Below the pieces are notes generated by a model, which ran no database searches, was not told where the DNA came from, and was given only the letters and a program-made list of their open reading frames with translations. DNA of 64,000 bases from Octopus sinensis (taxonomy: Eukaryota), in the NCBI RefSeq assembly GCF_006345805.1, contig NC_042999.1:35030001-35094000 (forward strand). Reading direction: 5' to 3'. Made by a program: the position numbers and the translations under genes. Shown piece by piece: positions 29,373 to 40,843 of this stretch (position 1 is the first letter of the stretch; each line of letters starts with the position of its first letter).

Positions 29373-30298
29373 AAGCAGCGCACCCTGGCTTTTGTTAACA
29401 GTATATTATTTATATATACATGCTACTCTATTTCTAGCCTTTCCTCTTTATTCTCTCTTTGTGTCTTTCCTTTCTTTCTCTCTTTTTCTTTCTCTCTAAC
29501 CCTCTTACTTCTATTACTAGCCTTTCTTCTTTCTCATTTTTTCCGCTTCATCCATTTCCCTTTTTCTCTCTGTCTCGCCCTCTTTTTCATTTGCCTGCTG
29601 TTGACACGTGACCCGGGTTCACCCTTTCTTTGTCTCTCTTTTTATACTGGTCTCGTAGCTGACCGGTCCTAAATTTTTTGTGTCCCACTGGTATACGTCT
29701 TATTTTTTGTCGCTTTTATCTTTTAGGATTGTCCTCTAAAGGTTATGCACCATTCGTATTCTTTTGTTCCTGATGCTGTATTAAGTTCGTTTCTTATTTC
29801 TTCCGTCTTTGTCCTTCGTCTGTCGTCCCAAATTATATTTATTCCCTTTCGTATGTCCACTTTTGTATCGCTGGTGATCCATGTATTCTTTCCTCTCGGC
29901 CCTATATTCTCCACAACTTTCGCGGGAACCGCCAGCATGGGAGGCTTTTCAGCCTTATCATTAATGGTGTGAAACTGAGTAATACCATCTGCTTGACAAC
30001 TGATAAAGAATTAGGGACCTTCTGAGTCTGTCTTCCGTCTGCTTGTGCACTCAATATATGTTATACGTTATGACAGACGAAATACTGCTAGGCATTTCGC
30101 TCGGCGTGCTAACGTTTCTGACAGCTCGCTGCCTTTATATATAACTTACTGTTAATAAGAGCCAGGGTGCGTTGCTTATATGAGAAAAATGTATAAACGA
30201 AAAGTAAAATATATGTTATACGTTATTTTACTTTTCGTTTATACATTTTTCTCATATAAGCAACGCACCCTGGCTCTTATTAACAGTAAGTTATATAG
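29373..30298 (+). mobile_element. Terminally redundant non-coding element (pLTR-like) containing an inverted duplication
   Basis: AAGCARCGCACCCTGGCTYTTRTTAACAGTA at 29373 and 30258, with an inverted copy at ~30148-30178. Confidence 0.6.
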
Positions 30299-30363
30299 AA
30301 AGGCAGCGAACTGTCAGAAACGTTAGCACGCCGATCGAAATGCCTAGCGGTATTTTGTCTGTC
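30053..30363. repeat. Palindrome with ~136-bp arms; the inserted arm is flanked by a 19-bp direct repeat
   Basis: 30072-30207 is the reverse complement of ~30227-30363. AATATATGTTATACGTTAT occurs at 30053 and 30208. Confidence 0.9.
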
Positions 30364-30534
30364 ATTACGTTCTGAGTTCAAATTCCGCCGGTCTTTCATC
30401 CTTTCGAGGTCGATTAAATAAGTACGAGTTACCACTTTGTCAGTCCTTGTTTGTCTCCTCTATGTTTAGCACTTTGTGGACAATAAAGACATATATATAC
30501 ATATATATATATATATTATATATATATATATTAT

Positions 30535-30571
<37 letters not shown>

Positions 30572-30574
30572 GCT

Positions 30575-30858
30575 CTTTTACTCTTTTAGGTTGCTCTTTT
30601 ACTTGTTTCAGTCATTTGACTGTGGCCGTGCTGGAGCACCGCCTTTAGTCGAGCAAATCGACCCCAGGACTTATTCTTTGTAAGCCTAGTATATATACGG
30701 CAGGCTTCTTTCAGTTTCCGTCTACCAAATCCACTCACAAGGCTTTGGTTGGCCCGAGGCTATAGTAGAAGACACTTGCCCAAGGTGCCTCACAGTGGGA
30801 TTGAACCCGGTACCATGTGGTTCGTAAGCAAGCTACTTACCACAGTGCCACTCCTACG

Positions 30859-30861
<3 letters not shown>
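30575..30861 (-). mobile_element. SINE family B with internal deletion
   Basis: Head and tail match 56278-56725. Confidence 0.88.
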
Positions 30862-30891
<30 letters not shown>

Positions 30892-30934
30892 ATATATATA
30901 TATATATATATAATATATATATATATATATAGGA

Positions 30935-31474
30935 AAGAGGGTTTAAAGATGTTTATTAACTTGACTGGTTTCACTTTTTAAAAAAAATTATCAAAAGTAA
31001 ATTGCAAAGCTTTGTATAAACTTTGTTGTGTTACAAAATGGTTATCATAATTGTATTAAAATACAGTTATACAGTCTTTGATAATGATAAGAAAATGTTA
31101 AGAGTAGCTTTTTGTTTAAACTGTTTACATGAAAGTGTTCAAAATAGGTAGTAAAATAAATTCATAATTATTTTAAGTTCATCAAAAATCAGGGTTGTGT
31201 AGAAGCACATATACAGAAGGGATCATATTTAAGTATTTATACAGAATTTTAGGGGAATAACCAACCTTTCCATCCATCATCCCCTGTCTTGTAGTGTGTA
31301 TATGAGAAATGTTTGGTATTTTTTAAATAGTGTGAGAGGTTGATTGGTGGGGGAGAGCATTGTGGAATCAAAAAGATTTTTTGTTTCTGGGCTACTCTGT
31401 CATGGTTCAGTGATTTTTGGAACTGGTCTTAGAGTTCGAAATGTTGTGAGTATGTGTGTCTCTGTGCACGTTTC

Positions 31475-31532
<58 letters not shown>

Positions 31533-33420
31533 CTTGTGTTTGTGTGTGGGCTTTTTTATTGATCTTAGAGCTCAGTGTGGTATGTGTATGTGTCTGTGTA
31601 TGTCTGTGTTTTATATTTAGCAGGATGGTGCGTATATATGAGTAAATTTTTGTGTTTGTGTGTATATGTGTGATTTATATTTGTCAGAGTGCTATGTGTA
31701 CGCATGTGTGTGTATGTGTTTGCTCGTGTGTGTACGTGAGCGTCTGTGTGTGCACGTGTTTATGTTTTTGTGTGTTGTGTTGGTGGGGATGCTATGTGCG
31801 TCTACGCAAGTATGTGTGTGTGTCTCTGAGTATGTTTGTGTAGGAAAACTAGGAATTTGGGGGACTTGTTCTGTGCACAGAGTTCTACGTGGCCACTAAG
31901 TGGTATCTGTCTTGTGGTGAGGTCCCTTAATTGTTGGCGGTGGACTGTCATCCTATCTCTGAGAGTAAGACTAGTCTGCCCTATGTAGTCTTTGTGGCAC
32001 ATTTCCCAACTAACAGCATAAAATAAATTTTTTGATGCGCAGGTGAAGTTATTTTTTTCCGACAAAAGTGTGTCCCAACTGGAATTTTTATATTCTTCCT
32101 TCAATGAGGTGGATGCAAGTCCTGCAGTTGGAACGACCACATTTTTAACGGTGGGTGTTGGGCTTGTGTTGGATAATTTTGCATTGGTGAGTAAGTTTTT
32201 AAGGGATTTGGGTTGTCTCTTGCTTTTTATTATTTTATTGGTTTCGAGTGCTTTCTTTAGACGTGGGTCTTGACTCAGTAGTAGGATGTTCTTGTATATA
32301 ATCGTGTAAGCTTCTGTATTTCTTGGATTATGTGTTGAATGATATGGAAGACCATTTAATGTACCTTGAGTGTCTTTCGGTTTTCGTAAGTCTTGGATAT
32401 CAATTGTCTTAGCTCATTCTATTCCATTTTCAACTAATGCTGCTTTTAGTTCTTGGAGTCTTTTATTTCGTGTTCTATAATTTGAGACAATTATACAGAT
32501 TCTTCTCGCTAGATTGAAGGGGATGTTTGTCGTCGTGTGCTTTGGTGATTGGATGTGAACACGAGGTATTCTTTGGAATCAGTTGGTTTATAGTGGATAT
32601 CAGATTCAATTTTGGTGCCTTTTTTATAATAAGGATGTCTAGAAATGGAAGTTGGTCTTGACTATATTCCATTGTAAATTTGATATGGTTTTTGTCACTG
32701 TTTTTGAATTCAATGAGTTGGTTGAGTGTGTGAGACCATAGGATGAGGCAATCATCCAAGTAGCATTTTCAATTCTCCAACAGGTATTTGTGGAAAGGCA
32801 GGTCGTATTTTGATTTGGATTGTTCATCGATTTGTAATTCTAGGTAGGCCATCACCAGATTAGCATAAGGTGGGGTAACTTTAGTACCCATTGCAGTCCC
32901 TGATACTTGTCTGTGGTATTATTATTAAAAGATAAGAAGTTGTTTTGAAGGATACACTTATAGCCCTGAATGATGAATTCTTTTCTTATTCTTTCCGGAA
33001 CTTCACTGCAGTATTTTTCTAGCCATAATTTAATGGCTTCCAATCCATATTGATGTGGGATCGTAGTATAAAGATTTTTCACATCAAAAGAGACGATGAA
33101 AATGTCTTTATTGGTATGTTTGGGAAGGGGTTCAGAAGGTCCATGTCATTTCTTACAATACTTGGTATGTGTTTAAGTATCGCTTTTAAGAGTATATCAC
33201 TGAAGTTGCTTAATTTGTGTGTTTTTGTTTGGGCCTGCCACAATTGGTCTCACTTTGAGATCAGTGGAATGTTGTACAGTGATGCAGGTTGAGGTGGACT
33301 ATAGGCAAGCCTTGGTAATTATTTTTTTATTTTAAATTTTCGGAAGCCCGAATAGGTAGTTGCTTTTGCAATCAAATTTTGTCAGGTAGTCGCATTTCTT
33401 TGCCGTTAAGCTATTTTGAT
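30935..33420 (-). mobile_element. Degraded PLE (RT + GIY-YIG + 3' region) interrupted by simple repeats
   Basis: SFDVKNLYTTIPH, (Y)LDDCLILW, IKFTMEYSQDQLPFLDILI, NFTCASKNLFYAVS..CHKDYIGQT..LRDRMTVHRQQ. A decayed hammerhead-like motif lies near 30958-30998. The 3' boundary is tentative. Confidence 0.88.
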
Positions 33421-33494
33421 GTTGGAAATGAGTGTTTTTAATTTAAAAATTGTTTTTGATTGTATATATATACATAAATATACATATACATACA

Positions 33495-33529
<35 letters not shown>

Positions 33530-33685
33530 CTCTACTCTAGGCACAAGATCCGAAATTTTTGGGGAAGGACCAGTCGATTAGATCGACCCCAATATGCAAC
33601 TGGTACTTAATTTATCGACTCCGCAAGGATGAAAGGCAAAGACGACCTCGGTGGAGTTTGAGCTCAGAACGTAAAGACGGACGAT
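33530..33685 (-). mobile_element. SINE family A fragment
   Basis: Family core sequence. Confidence 0.8.
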
Positions 33686-34029
33686 ATATATATACATATA
33701 CATATATATATTCTATGTGGTAATTTATGAACAGGTAGAGAAATACTCGATCAGCTAAGAGAGTATATATACACACTTTACTTCACACAAGGATACATAT
33801 GGAGGCACACGTCTACACATATTGAGATGCACATCCATGCATACAAACACGGTGCATAGTTTCAAAACATACACACACACACTCAGACATGCGCACACAA
33901 GGAGACAGAGGCACACACACACAAAATCAAACACACACGCACGCGCACACATAAAAACACACAAGAAGGACACGCAAACACCTGAATATACAGAATACGT
34001 ACATACAAATGTGGACACATACATATATA

Positions 34030-35270
34030 CGAGGGGCGTTCAATAAGTAATGCCCCTGACCCACTTCCCATAGCAGTAGAGCAACGAAACTTGGCACAGG
34101 TATTAGTCTTTTTCTACATAGGAACAACCCAGAGGTACGCATTTTTCCCATCGTTTGATGCAGTTCTGGAGACCGTTTTCGTAGAAGACCCCAGCTTGGT
34201 CCTCCAACCACGACGTGACTTCAGAAATCAAGACTACATCATCTGGGAAACGCTTTCCCTTCAAAAACAACTTCATGGCTGGGAAGAGGTGAAAATCAGA
34301 GGGTGCAAGGTCAGGAGAGTAGGGGGATGGGGGAAGAGTTCATAGCCGCACGCCTGTGCTTCTGATCTGGCGACACGCGAGTTGTGGACCGGAGCGTTGT
34401 CCTGCAGGAGGAGGATGCCTTTGCTTATCTTGCCCCGCCTCTTGGTTTCGATAGCTTCTCGTAATTTCCTCAAAAGTGAAACATGATAGGCTCCTGTAAT
34501 TGTGGTACCCTTTGCCAGGAAATCTGTCATCACTACTCCGTCCTGGTCCCAGAAGACTGTGAGCATGACCTTGCCAGCAGAGGGCTGCACCCTTGCCTTC
34601 TTTGGAGGGGGTGAGTCACGGTGCTTCCACCGCATTGACTGGGCTTTGGTCTCTGGATCATAGTGATGGACCTAGGTTTCATCCTGTGTAATCAGTCTTT
34701 TGAAAAAGTTTGACTCATCTTCTGGAAAAGTGTGAGCAACCTGGAAATCCATCTGGCAGACACCTTTTGCATATGCAAATGGTCATGAATGATAGTTTCC
34801 ACAGACCCGGTACTAATCTTGACCTCATGGGCTATTTGGCGAATAGTTATGCGTCGATCTTCCAAAATGGCAGCCTCAACTTGACGGACAGATGCCTCAT
34901 CAATGGCAGAAGGAGGCGACCAGATCTGGGAGCTGTTTCCACAGAGTTCCGACCATGTTTGAATTCACGATGCCAGCGTTTTACGAGGTCATATGATGGG
35001 GCATCATCACCATAAGTTACTTTCATTTCATTAAAAGTCTCCTGTGGTGTGCGTCATTTCAAATACAAAAACCGGATCACTGCTCGACACTCAACATGCT
35101 CCATTTCCCACTTGACTCATTTCAAACACCTGTAAATCAGAAACCACAATTAGTTCGGAGCTGTAATTTGCCACTTAATCTATAAAGATATCATAATTGC
35201 ACATGCAAAATTTCAGCTAGATCAAACAAAGGCAAGTGGGTCAGAGGCATTACTTATTGAACGCCCCTTG
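34030..35270 (-). mobile_element. Mariner (DD34D-type) transposon with both TIRs; transposase is a pseudogene
   Basis: TA|CGAGGGGCGTTCAATAAGTAATGCC..GGCATTACTTATTGAACGCCCCTTG|TA. Motifs TQDET*VHHYDPETKAQS, KVMLTVFWD, LLQDNAPVH and a frameshifted HPPYSPDLAPSD. Confidence 0.95.
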
Positions 35271-35364
35271 TACACATACATACATATACACACACACATA
35301 CATACATACATATACACACATGTATACATACATACATACATACATACATACATACATACATACA

Positions 35365-35397
<33 letters not shown>

Positions 35398-35879
35398 GCA
35401 TGTGTATGCATACACACGCACTAACCCACACACATGCGCACAAACAAACAAAAAGAACGCAGTGTGAATAACGAACAGAGTCAAAACTATTGAAAACGTT
35501 GAAAGACGCAACGAAAATTTTAGAAAAATAAAAGAAATAAGTAAAAATTTTACCGGTGAGTGTATTAAATGATAAAGCACTAAAAGATAATGACTCTCCC
35601 CAGACACAACAGAATATGCTTCAACACACGAAATCACATAAAGAATCTTGCAAATCAAATCCAAAAACGAAATAAAAGAGTAAAGATATTCTTATTATAT
35701 AAAGTCACAAATCTTTTAAATAAAGCTAGTCAGTATTTCCTGGTTGAAATGTTTATTTATTTCGACACCTATCGTGCTGAAAACAAGACAGTTTGTCAGC
35801 AGTCTTTTGAGCAGATAACGTTCAAACAAAAGACGCTGGTAAAAAAGAAAACAGGAAGAAAAATACAAGGGAAATAACC

Positions 35880-36262
35880 AATGTTACAATAATTCGATGT
35901 CAAGCAGACGTAAGCAACATGTTAATGGTTTGCTAAGTATCCGGTGGCTTACTTTTAAATTCTGACAAAATATGTCTCTCGAAATACGGACATACAGAAA
36001 AAATCTCGTTCCTCAAATCTGTTTATTCGTTAGAGGTTTTTTTTTTTTTTAGAGATACAGTTTTTCAAGAGAACATGCTGAACATTTTTGGACCCGCTAA
36101 TATAGGGTCTGGATTTGGAGAGGATTTTCCATTTGATGGTGAAACTGGACCCTTCGTTTTTAAATTCCCAGATAAAAGCCGAAAGGGCTGTTGAACATCT
36201 CTTATCACGGTACCTAAAATTCGAAAGATGGTTGTTATATATGGATTTAAAGTTTTCTTCCA
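35880..36262 (-). mobile_element. PLE 3' fragment (C-terminal half of GIY-YIG)
   Basis: FKSIYNNHLSNFR..STALSAFIWEFK..IKWKILSKSRPY. Confidence 0.8.
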
Positions 36263-36425
36263 TGTTAGGGGTAATGTGGTCGCAGAAATTGTATGACAGC
36301 CATGACTGGGTCCTCCTACATGTGTGGTATGGTGCAGAGGCCTGTTGCCAGACATAGGGTCTTCCAGTAGCCACCGTCTTGACCCAGGGCAGCACTACCT
36401 CCTCCAGGCACATGATGTAGGCCTC
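36263..36425 (-). mobile_element. Tc1/mariner-superfamily transposase fragment (maT-like)
   Basis: LEEVVLPWVK..GRPYVWQQASAPYHTCRRTQSWL (compare QQDSAPCH). Confidence 0.8.
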
Positions 36426-36429
36426 CGTT

Positions 36430-36516
36430 GGACCTACGCACGTTTCGGCTGCATCTACTGTATACTGCTATGTGTGCATCTTGGTGTTAATTGTCGATGC
36501 ATCTTCATTAGGGTCC
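36430..36516 (-). ncRNA. Decayed type I hammerhead with a long stem II insert, left arm of an inverted pair
   Basis: GGACC CTAATGA A GATGCATC..GATGCAGCC GAAA CGTGC GTA GGTCC. Confidence 0.6.
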
Positions 36517-36715
36517 GTTGTTTGCTGCCGTTCAAAGATCATCAGAAGAAGACTATGAGACTCGCCGAATAGGAATCTTTTAAGATGTGTTGGTATACAT
36601 AGTTATATTTCCTCATGACTTGAAAATTACCTCGGCCAGTTAGGTATTTATTGCAATAAATACCTAACTGGCCGGGGTAATCTTCAGGTCGCGAGGGAAT
36701 ATGACAATATATATA

Positions 36716-36932
36716 TTTCTTTACTACCCACAAGGGGCTAAACACAGAGAGGACAAACAAGGACAGACAAAGGGATTAAGTCGACTACATCGACCCCAGT
36801 GCGTAACTGGTACTTAATTTATCGACTCCGAAAGGATGAAAGGCAAAGTCGACCTCGGCGAAATTTGAACTCGGAACGTAACGACAGACGAATTTCGCCC
36901 GGCGTGCTAACGTTTCTACAAGCTCGCTGCCT
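36716..36932 (-). mobile_element. SINE family A, full monomer with TSD
   Basis: TSD AATATGACAATATATA on both sides. Confidence 0.92.
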
Positions 36933-37017
36933 AATATGACAATATATAGTAACACCAACACCTTCTAAAAGATTCCTATTCGCTCAGTCTCATCGTCTTC
37001 GAACAGCAGCAAAGAAA

Positions 37018-37104
37018 GGACCCTTAAGAAGCTGTATCGAAAATTAACACCAAAATGCACACATGACAGTCCGCAGCGGATGCAGCCAAAACGTGTCTAT
37101 GTCC
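37018..37104 (+). ncRNA. More decayed sister hammerhead, right arm of the inverted pair
   Basis: GGACC CTTAAGA A GCTGTATC..GATGCAGC C AAAA CGTGTCTA TGTCC. Region 36945-37110 is the inverted homolog of 36428-36600. Confidence 0.5.
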
Positions 37105-37187
37105 AAATGACAGTATAATAAAATAGGGATGTGTAAATCTCCGTCTCCTGATCTTTATTAATTTCATTACATGTATATATATATCGT

Positions 37188-37464
37188 TTCCACTCCATCG
37201 GTTACGACGACGAGGGTTCCAGTTGATCCGCTCAACAGAACAGACACGTGTACCCTTAACGTAGTTCTCGGGGAGATTCAGCGTGACACAGAGTGTGACA
37301 GGGTTGGCCCTTTGAAATACAGGTACAACAGAAACAGGAAGAAAGAGCGAGAGAAAGTTGTAGAGAAAGAGTACAGCAGGGTTCGCCACCACCCCCTCCC
37401 GGAGCCTCGTGTAGCTTTAGGTGTTTTCGCTCAATAACCTAATCACTGGGCCATTGCGCCTCCA
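37188..37464 (-). mobile_element. SINE family C with internal deletions
   Basis: Reverse-complement match to 28062-28448. Confidence 0.88.
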
Positions 37465-37519
37465 CATGCACACACACACACACACATTTACTCATACATA
37501 TATACACACACACGCAGAG

Positions 37520-37574
<55 letters not shown>

Positions 37575-37612
37575 TATATAAACATATATATATATATTTA
37601 TATATATATATA

Positions 37613-37658
<46 letters not shown>

Positions 37659-37791
37659 ACCACTATGTGGATAGCTCTCTAATAATTTATGTATAAATTT
37701 GTATTTTCTCCGTAGTTTTTTGTGCTAAGCCACTCGGTGTTAAATTAATGGTATTATTAAACTAATATCAATTTTTCTCCCTCATTTATGA

Positions 37792-37831
<40 letters not shown>

Positions 37832-39041
37832 TGAGTGTGTGCATGCGTGCGTGTAAATTTATATATGTGGGTATAATATTCTGAATATGAATAGGGACTA
37901 AAATAGGCTTACAATCCTTCGAGAGATCCACCTCATTATTACATTGGATTTAAACTGATAGTAACACGTACAACAGCACTAACATAAATATCAGCTACAG
38001 TAACCCCACCAAAATCATTGGAGTGAGACTATCTAGGAATAGATAACACATTTCTTATAGCAGCAGAAATGGTTTACTTTAGATCTTCTATATATGGTTT
38101 CGTGTTCAAAAATCTAGTGTTATGTAATGTCAACGTTGACATTCAGACTGAACGACTATAAAGTATGTTATAAAATCTTGCTGTATTTTTTTTTAGATAT
38201 AATCTACGCGTCACCAGAGCAAACTTCATAAAAATATTTAAGCTAAATGAACAACAATAAATATGGAATATGTTTTGACATAAGTGTCTGAATCTGCTTA
38301 AATTTAGACTAATGTTTTAGGTCAGACAATAGGTTATTTTTCTTAGACATATGAAACGAATAAAAGTTTTTAAAAATAATAAATGCAGTAAAGTTTTTTT
38401 TTTTGTTATCTATGAAATACATAGTAAAAATAAAATAATATTCGGATGCATTTGGAAACATCGAAGCTGAACATAAAGAAATGTTAAGCGTCAGTTGAAA
38501 TTGGAGATACTGACTGCAGGATCAAATATAGCTAAATTGAGGCAAATATTGATTTCTCAATTTTCTTTGGGACAGAAGAAGAAACGTATTCGGTGTGACT
38601 GATCATGGAAAGCATCCCTTCCAGGGGTAAGGTGGAACGGTTCAATTGCCAACGGGGAAGTTTGATCAGAGTATTTGGTTGTACAAAACTGTATATTATA
38701 CAATTATCTGCTATACTATTTCACCATTCCATCTCAGTCATTCTCTTAAAGCTAAACTACTCAACAGAAGGCATACAGTATAAGTATATGTTTGTAATTA
38801 GTAACAGCTTATTTTTAAACATTCAGTTTTTATTATTAAAAGCATCATATAAGAGAAGGGGTATGCTTTCCTTGATGGACAATAATTCGTGGAGCAACCT
38901 GTCAAGATTCCCCACTCCTTTCTCTAAACTGCAAAAGCATACAAAGAAGTTGCTTAATGCTTATATTTCTCACACAACTAGGTTCCCTAACATTTTAATT
39001 TATTTCAGTCAATCTGGTGACGCTGTACCAAGCATTATATC

Positions 39042-39152
<111 letters not shown>

Positions 39153-39267
39153 GACTAGAGATAGAGAGGGAGAGAAAGAGAGATATTTTTATTAAAACTA
39201 CATCCGCTACGTGTAATGAATATTTTTCTCATTTGTTCGACATTAATAATGTATGTATATATATATA

Positions 39268-39319
<52 letters not shown>

Positions 39320-39785
39320 GTATACATACAGGCATACATACATACAAAAGTACCCTGTCGTTGATGTTGGAATTCCAATGACGGAGGCTTGGACCTAGGT
39401 TAGGAACCGACTCTTTCTCTACTGGCAAGAAATCTTGAAATATAACTGGATAATGACATACAAACATATCCTCTCGTTCTGATCTAACGACCCTCCATGT
39501 TTGCTTTTGCTTGGTTTCCTTGTATGTCTCCACTGTCATGTTTTTGCTCCCAACTTTGACCCTCCATAAATCCTGAGTTTTATTTTAGAATTTATAGGAG
39601 CAACTGTCTTTGAAGACTCATATTATCGTTGAATGTTCGAAATGATGAGTAGATAGACAGCCGACAACTGATGAAGGGTCCTTTCTCTGTTTACTTGTCC
39701 TGTTTTCCTTTTTTCTCGCTGTTTACGTATTTAACTCGTTTCTTTACGTATTTCATGTAATTTGCATCTTGGTGACGTGCTGTGC

Positions 39786-40180
39786 TCTATCTCTTCATGG
39801 AATTTTATAACTAGGTACTTTGTTTGTTGCAAATAAGTGACCGATGGTCACTTTGTTTACAATATATCCCTGACAGGAGATCTTAGCCATCACTCCATTA
39901 CGTAGGTGGGCGCAGCTGACGAAAAGCAAACTAGTTCGAAACTGGGACAGTCCCGCGATCTTGTTAGTTGACTGAGGTTAGTAGGAGTTCGCTCCTTCTA
40001 GCGATATATTGTATATAAAAGATGCAGAATATTGCATCGAAAACCAGCTGGCGGACAATCTGCCTGGGGTTAAACTAGTAGTAACATTCACCTGCCATTT
40101 TGATGTGGTAACTCGCTCTACTGTTTACTATACGTAACCACTCTATCTCTTCTTGAGATTTTATTACTAGCTATTTTGCT
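39786..40180 (+). mobile_element. ~355-nt terminally redundant hammerhead element (retrozyme/pLTR-like), ending at (TA)n
   Basis: The direct repeat CTCTATCTCTTC..ATTTTAT.ACTAG occurs at 39786 and 40141 around one hammerhead. Second copy at 8385-8555. Confidence 0.75.
39911..39957 (+). ncRNA. Type I hammerhead ribozyme motif with canonical core and GUC site
   Basis: CGCAG CTGACGA A AAGC-AAACTA-GTTC GAAA CTG-GGA-CAG TC CCGCG, with one mismatch each in stems I and II. Confidence 0.78.
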
Positions 40181-40193
40181 TATATATACATAT

Positions 40194-40254
<61 letters not shown>

Positions 40255-40256
<2 letters not shown>

Positions 40257-40605
40257 CCAACCATATGGTTCCGGGTTCAGTCCCAGGGCAAGTGTCTTCT
40301 ACTATAGCCTCGGCCTAACAAAGGCCTTGTGAGTGGATTTAGTAGACAGAAACTGAAAGAAGCTCGTCGCATATGTATATATTTATGCGTGTGTGCCTAC
40401 GTGTCTGTGTTTGTACCCCTACCATAGCTTAACAACCCGATGCCGGTGTGTTTACGTCCCCATAACTTAGCGGTTCGGCAAAAGAGACTGATAGAATAAG
40501 GATTATGCTTCAAAAGAATAAGTCATGGGATCGATTTGTTCGACTAAAACCCTTTAAGGTGGTGCTGCAGTCAAGTGACTGAAACAAGTAAAACAAAAAT
40601 AAAAG
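40255..40605 (+). mobile_element. SINE family B, 5'-truncated
   Basis: Matches 56278-56725. Confidence 0.85.
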
Positions 40606-40621
40606 TATATATGTATATATA

Positions 40622-40751
40622 TATATATGAAAAAACAAGTCAAAATAGAAAATGCTAAAGTAATTTTATAAAGAACATGTTCTTTACAAAGAAATGTTCT
40701 TTATAAAATTATTTTAGCATTTTCTACTTTGACTTGTTTTTTCATATATAT
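40622..40751. repeat. Palindrome with ~57-bp arms
   Basis: ATGAAAAAACAAGTCAAAATAGAAAATGCTAAAGTAATTTTATAAAGAACAT and its near-perfect reverse complement. Confidence 0.9.
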
Positions 40752-40808
40752 CAACTCGCGTGTTCCTTTTCACCCTTACACATATATATATGTGTGTGTG
40801 TGTGTATG

Positions 40809-40843
<35 letters not shown>

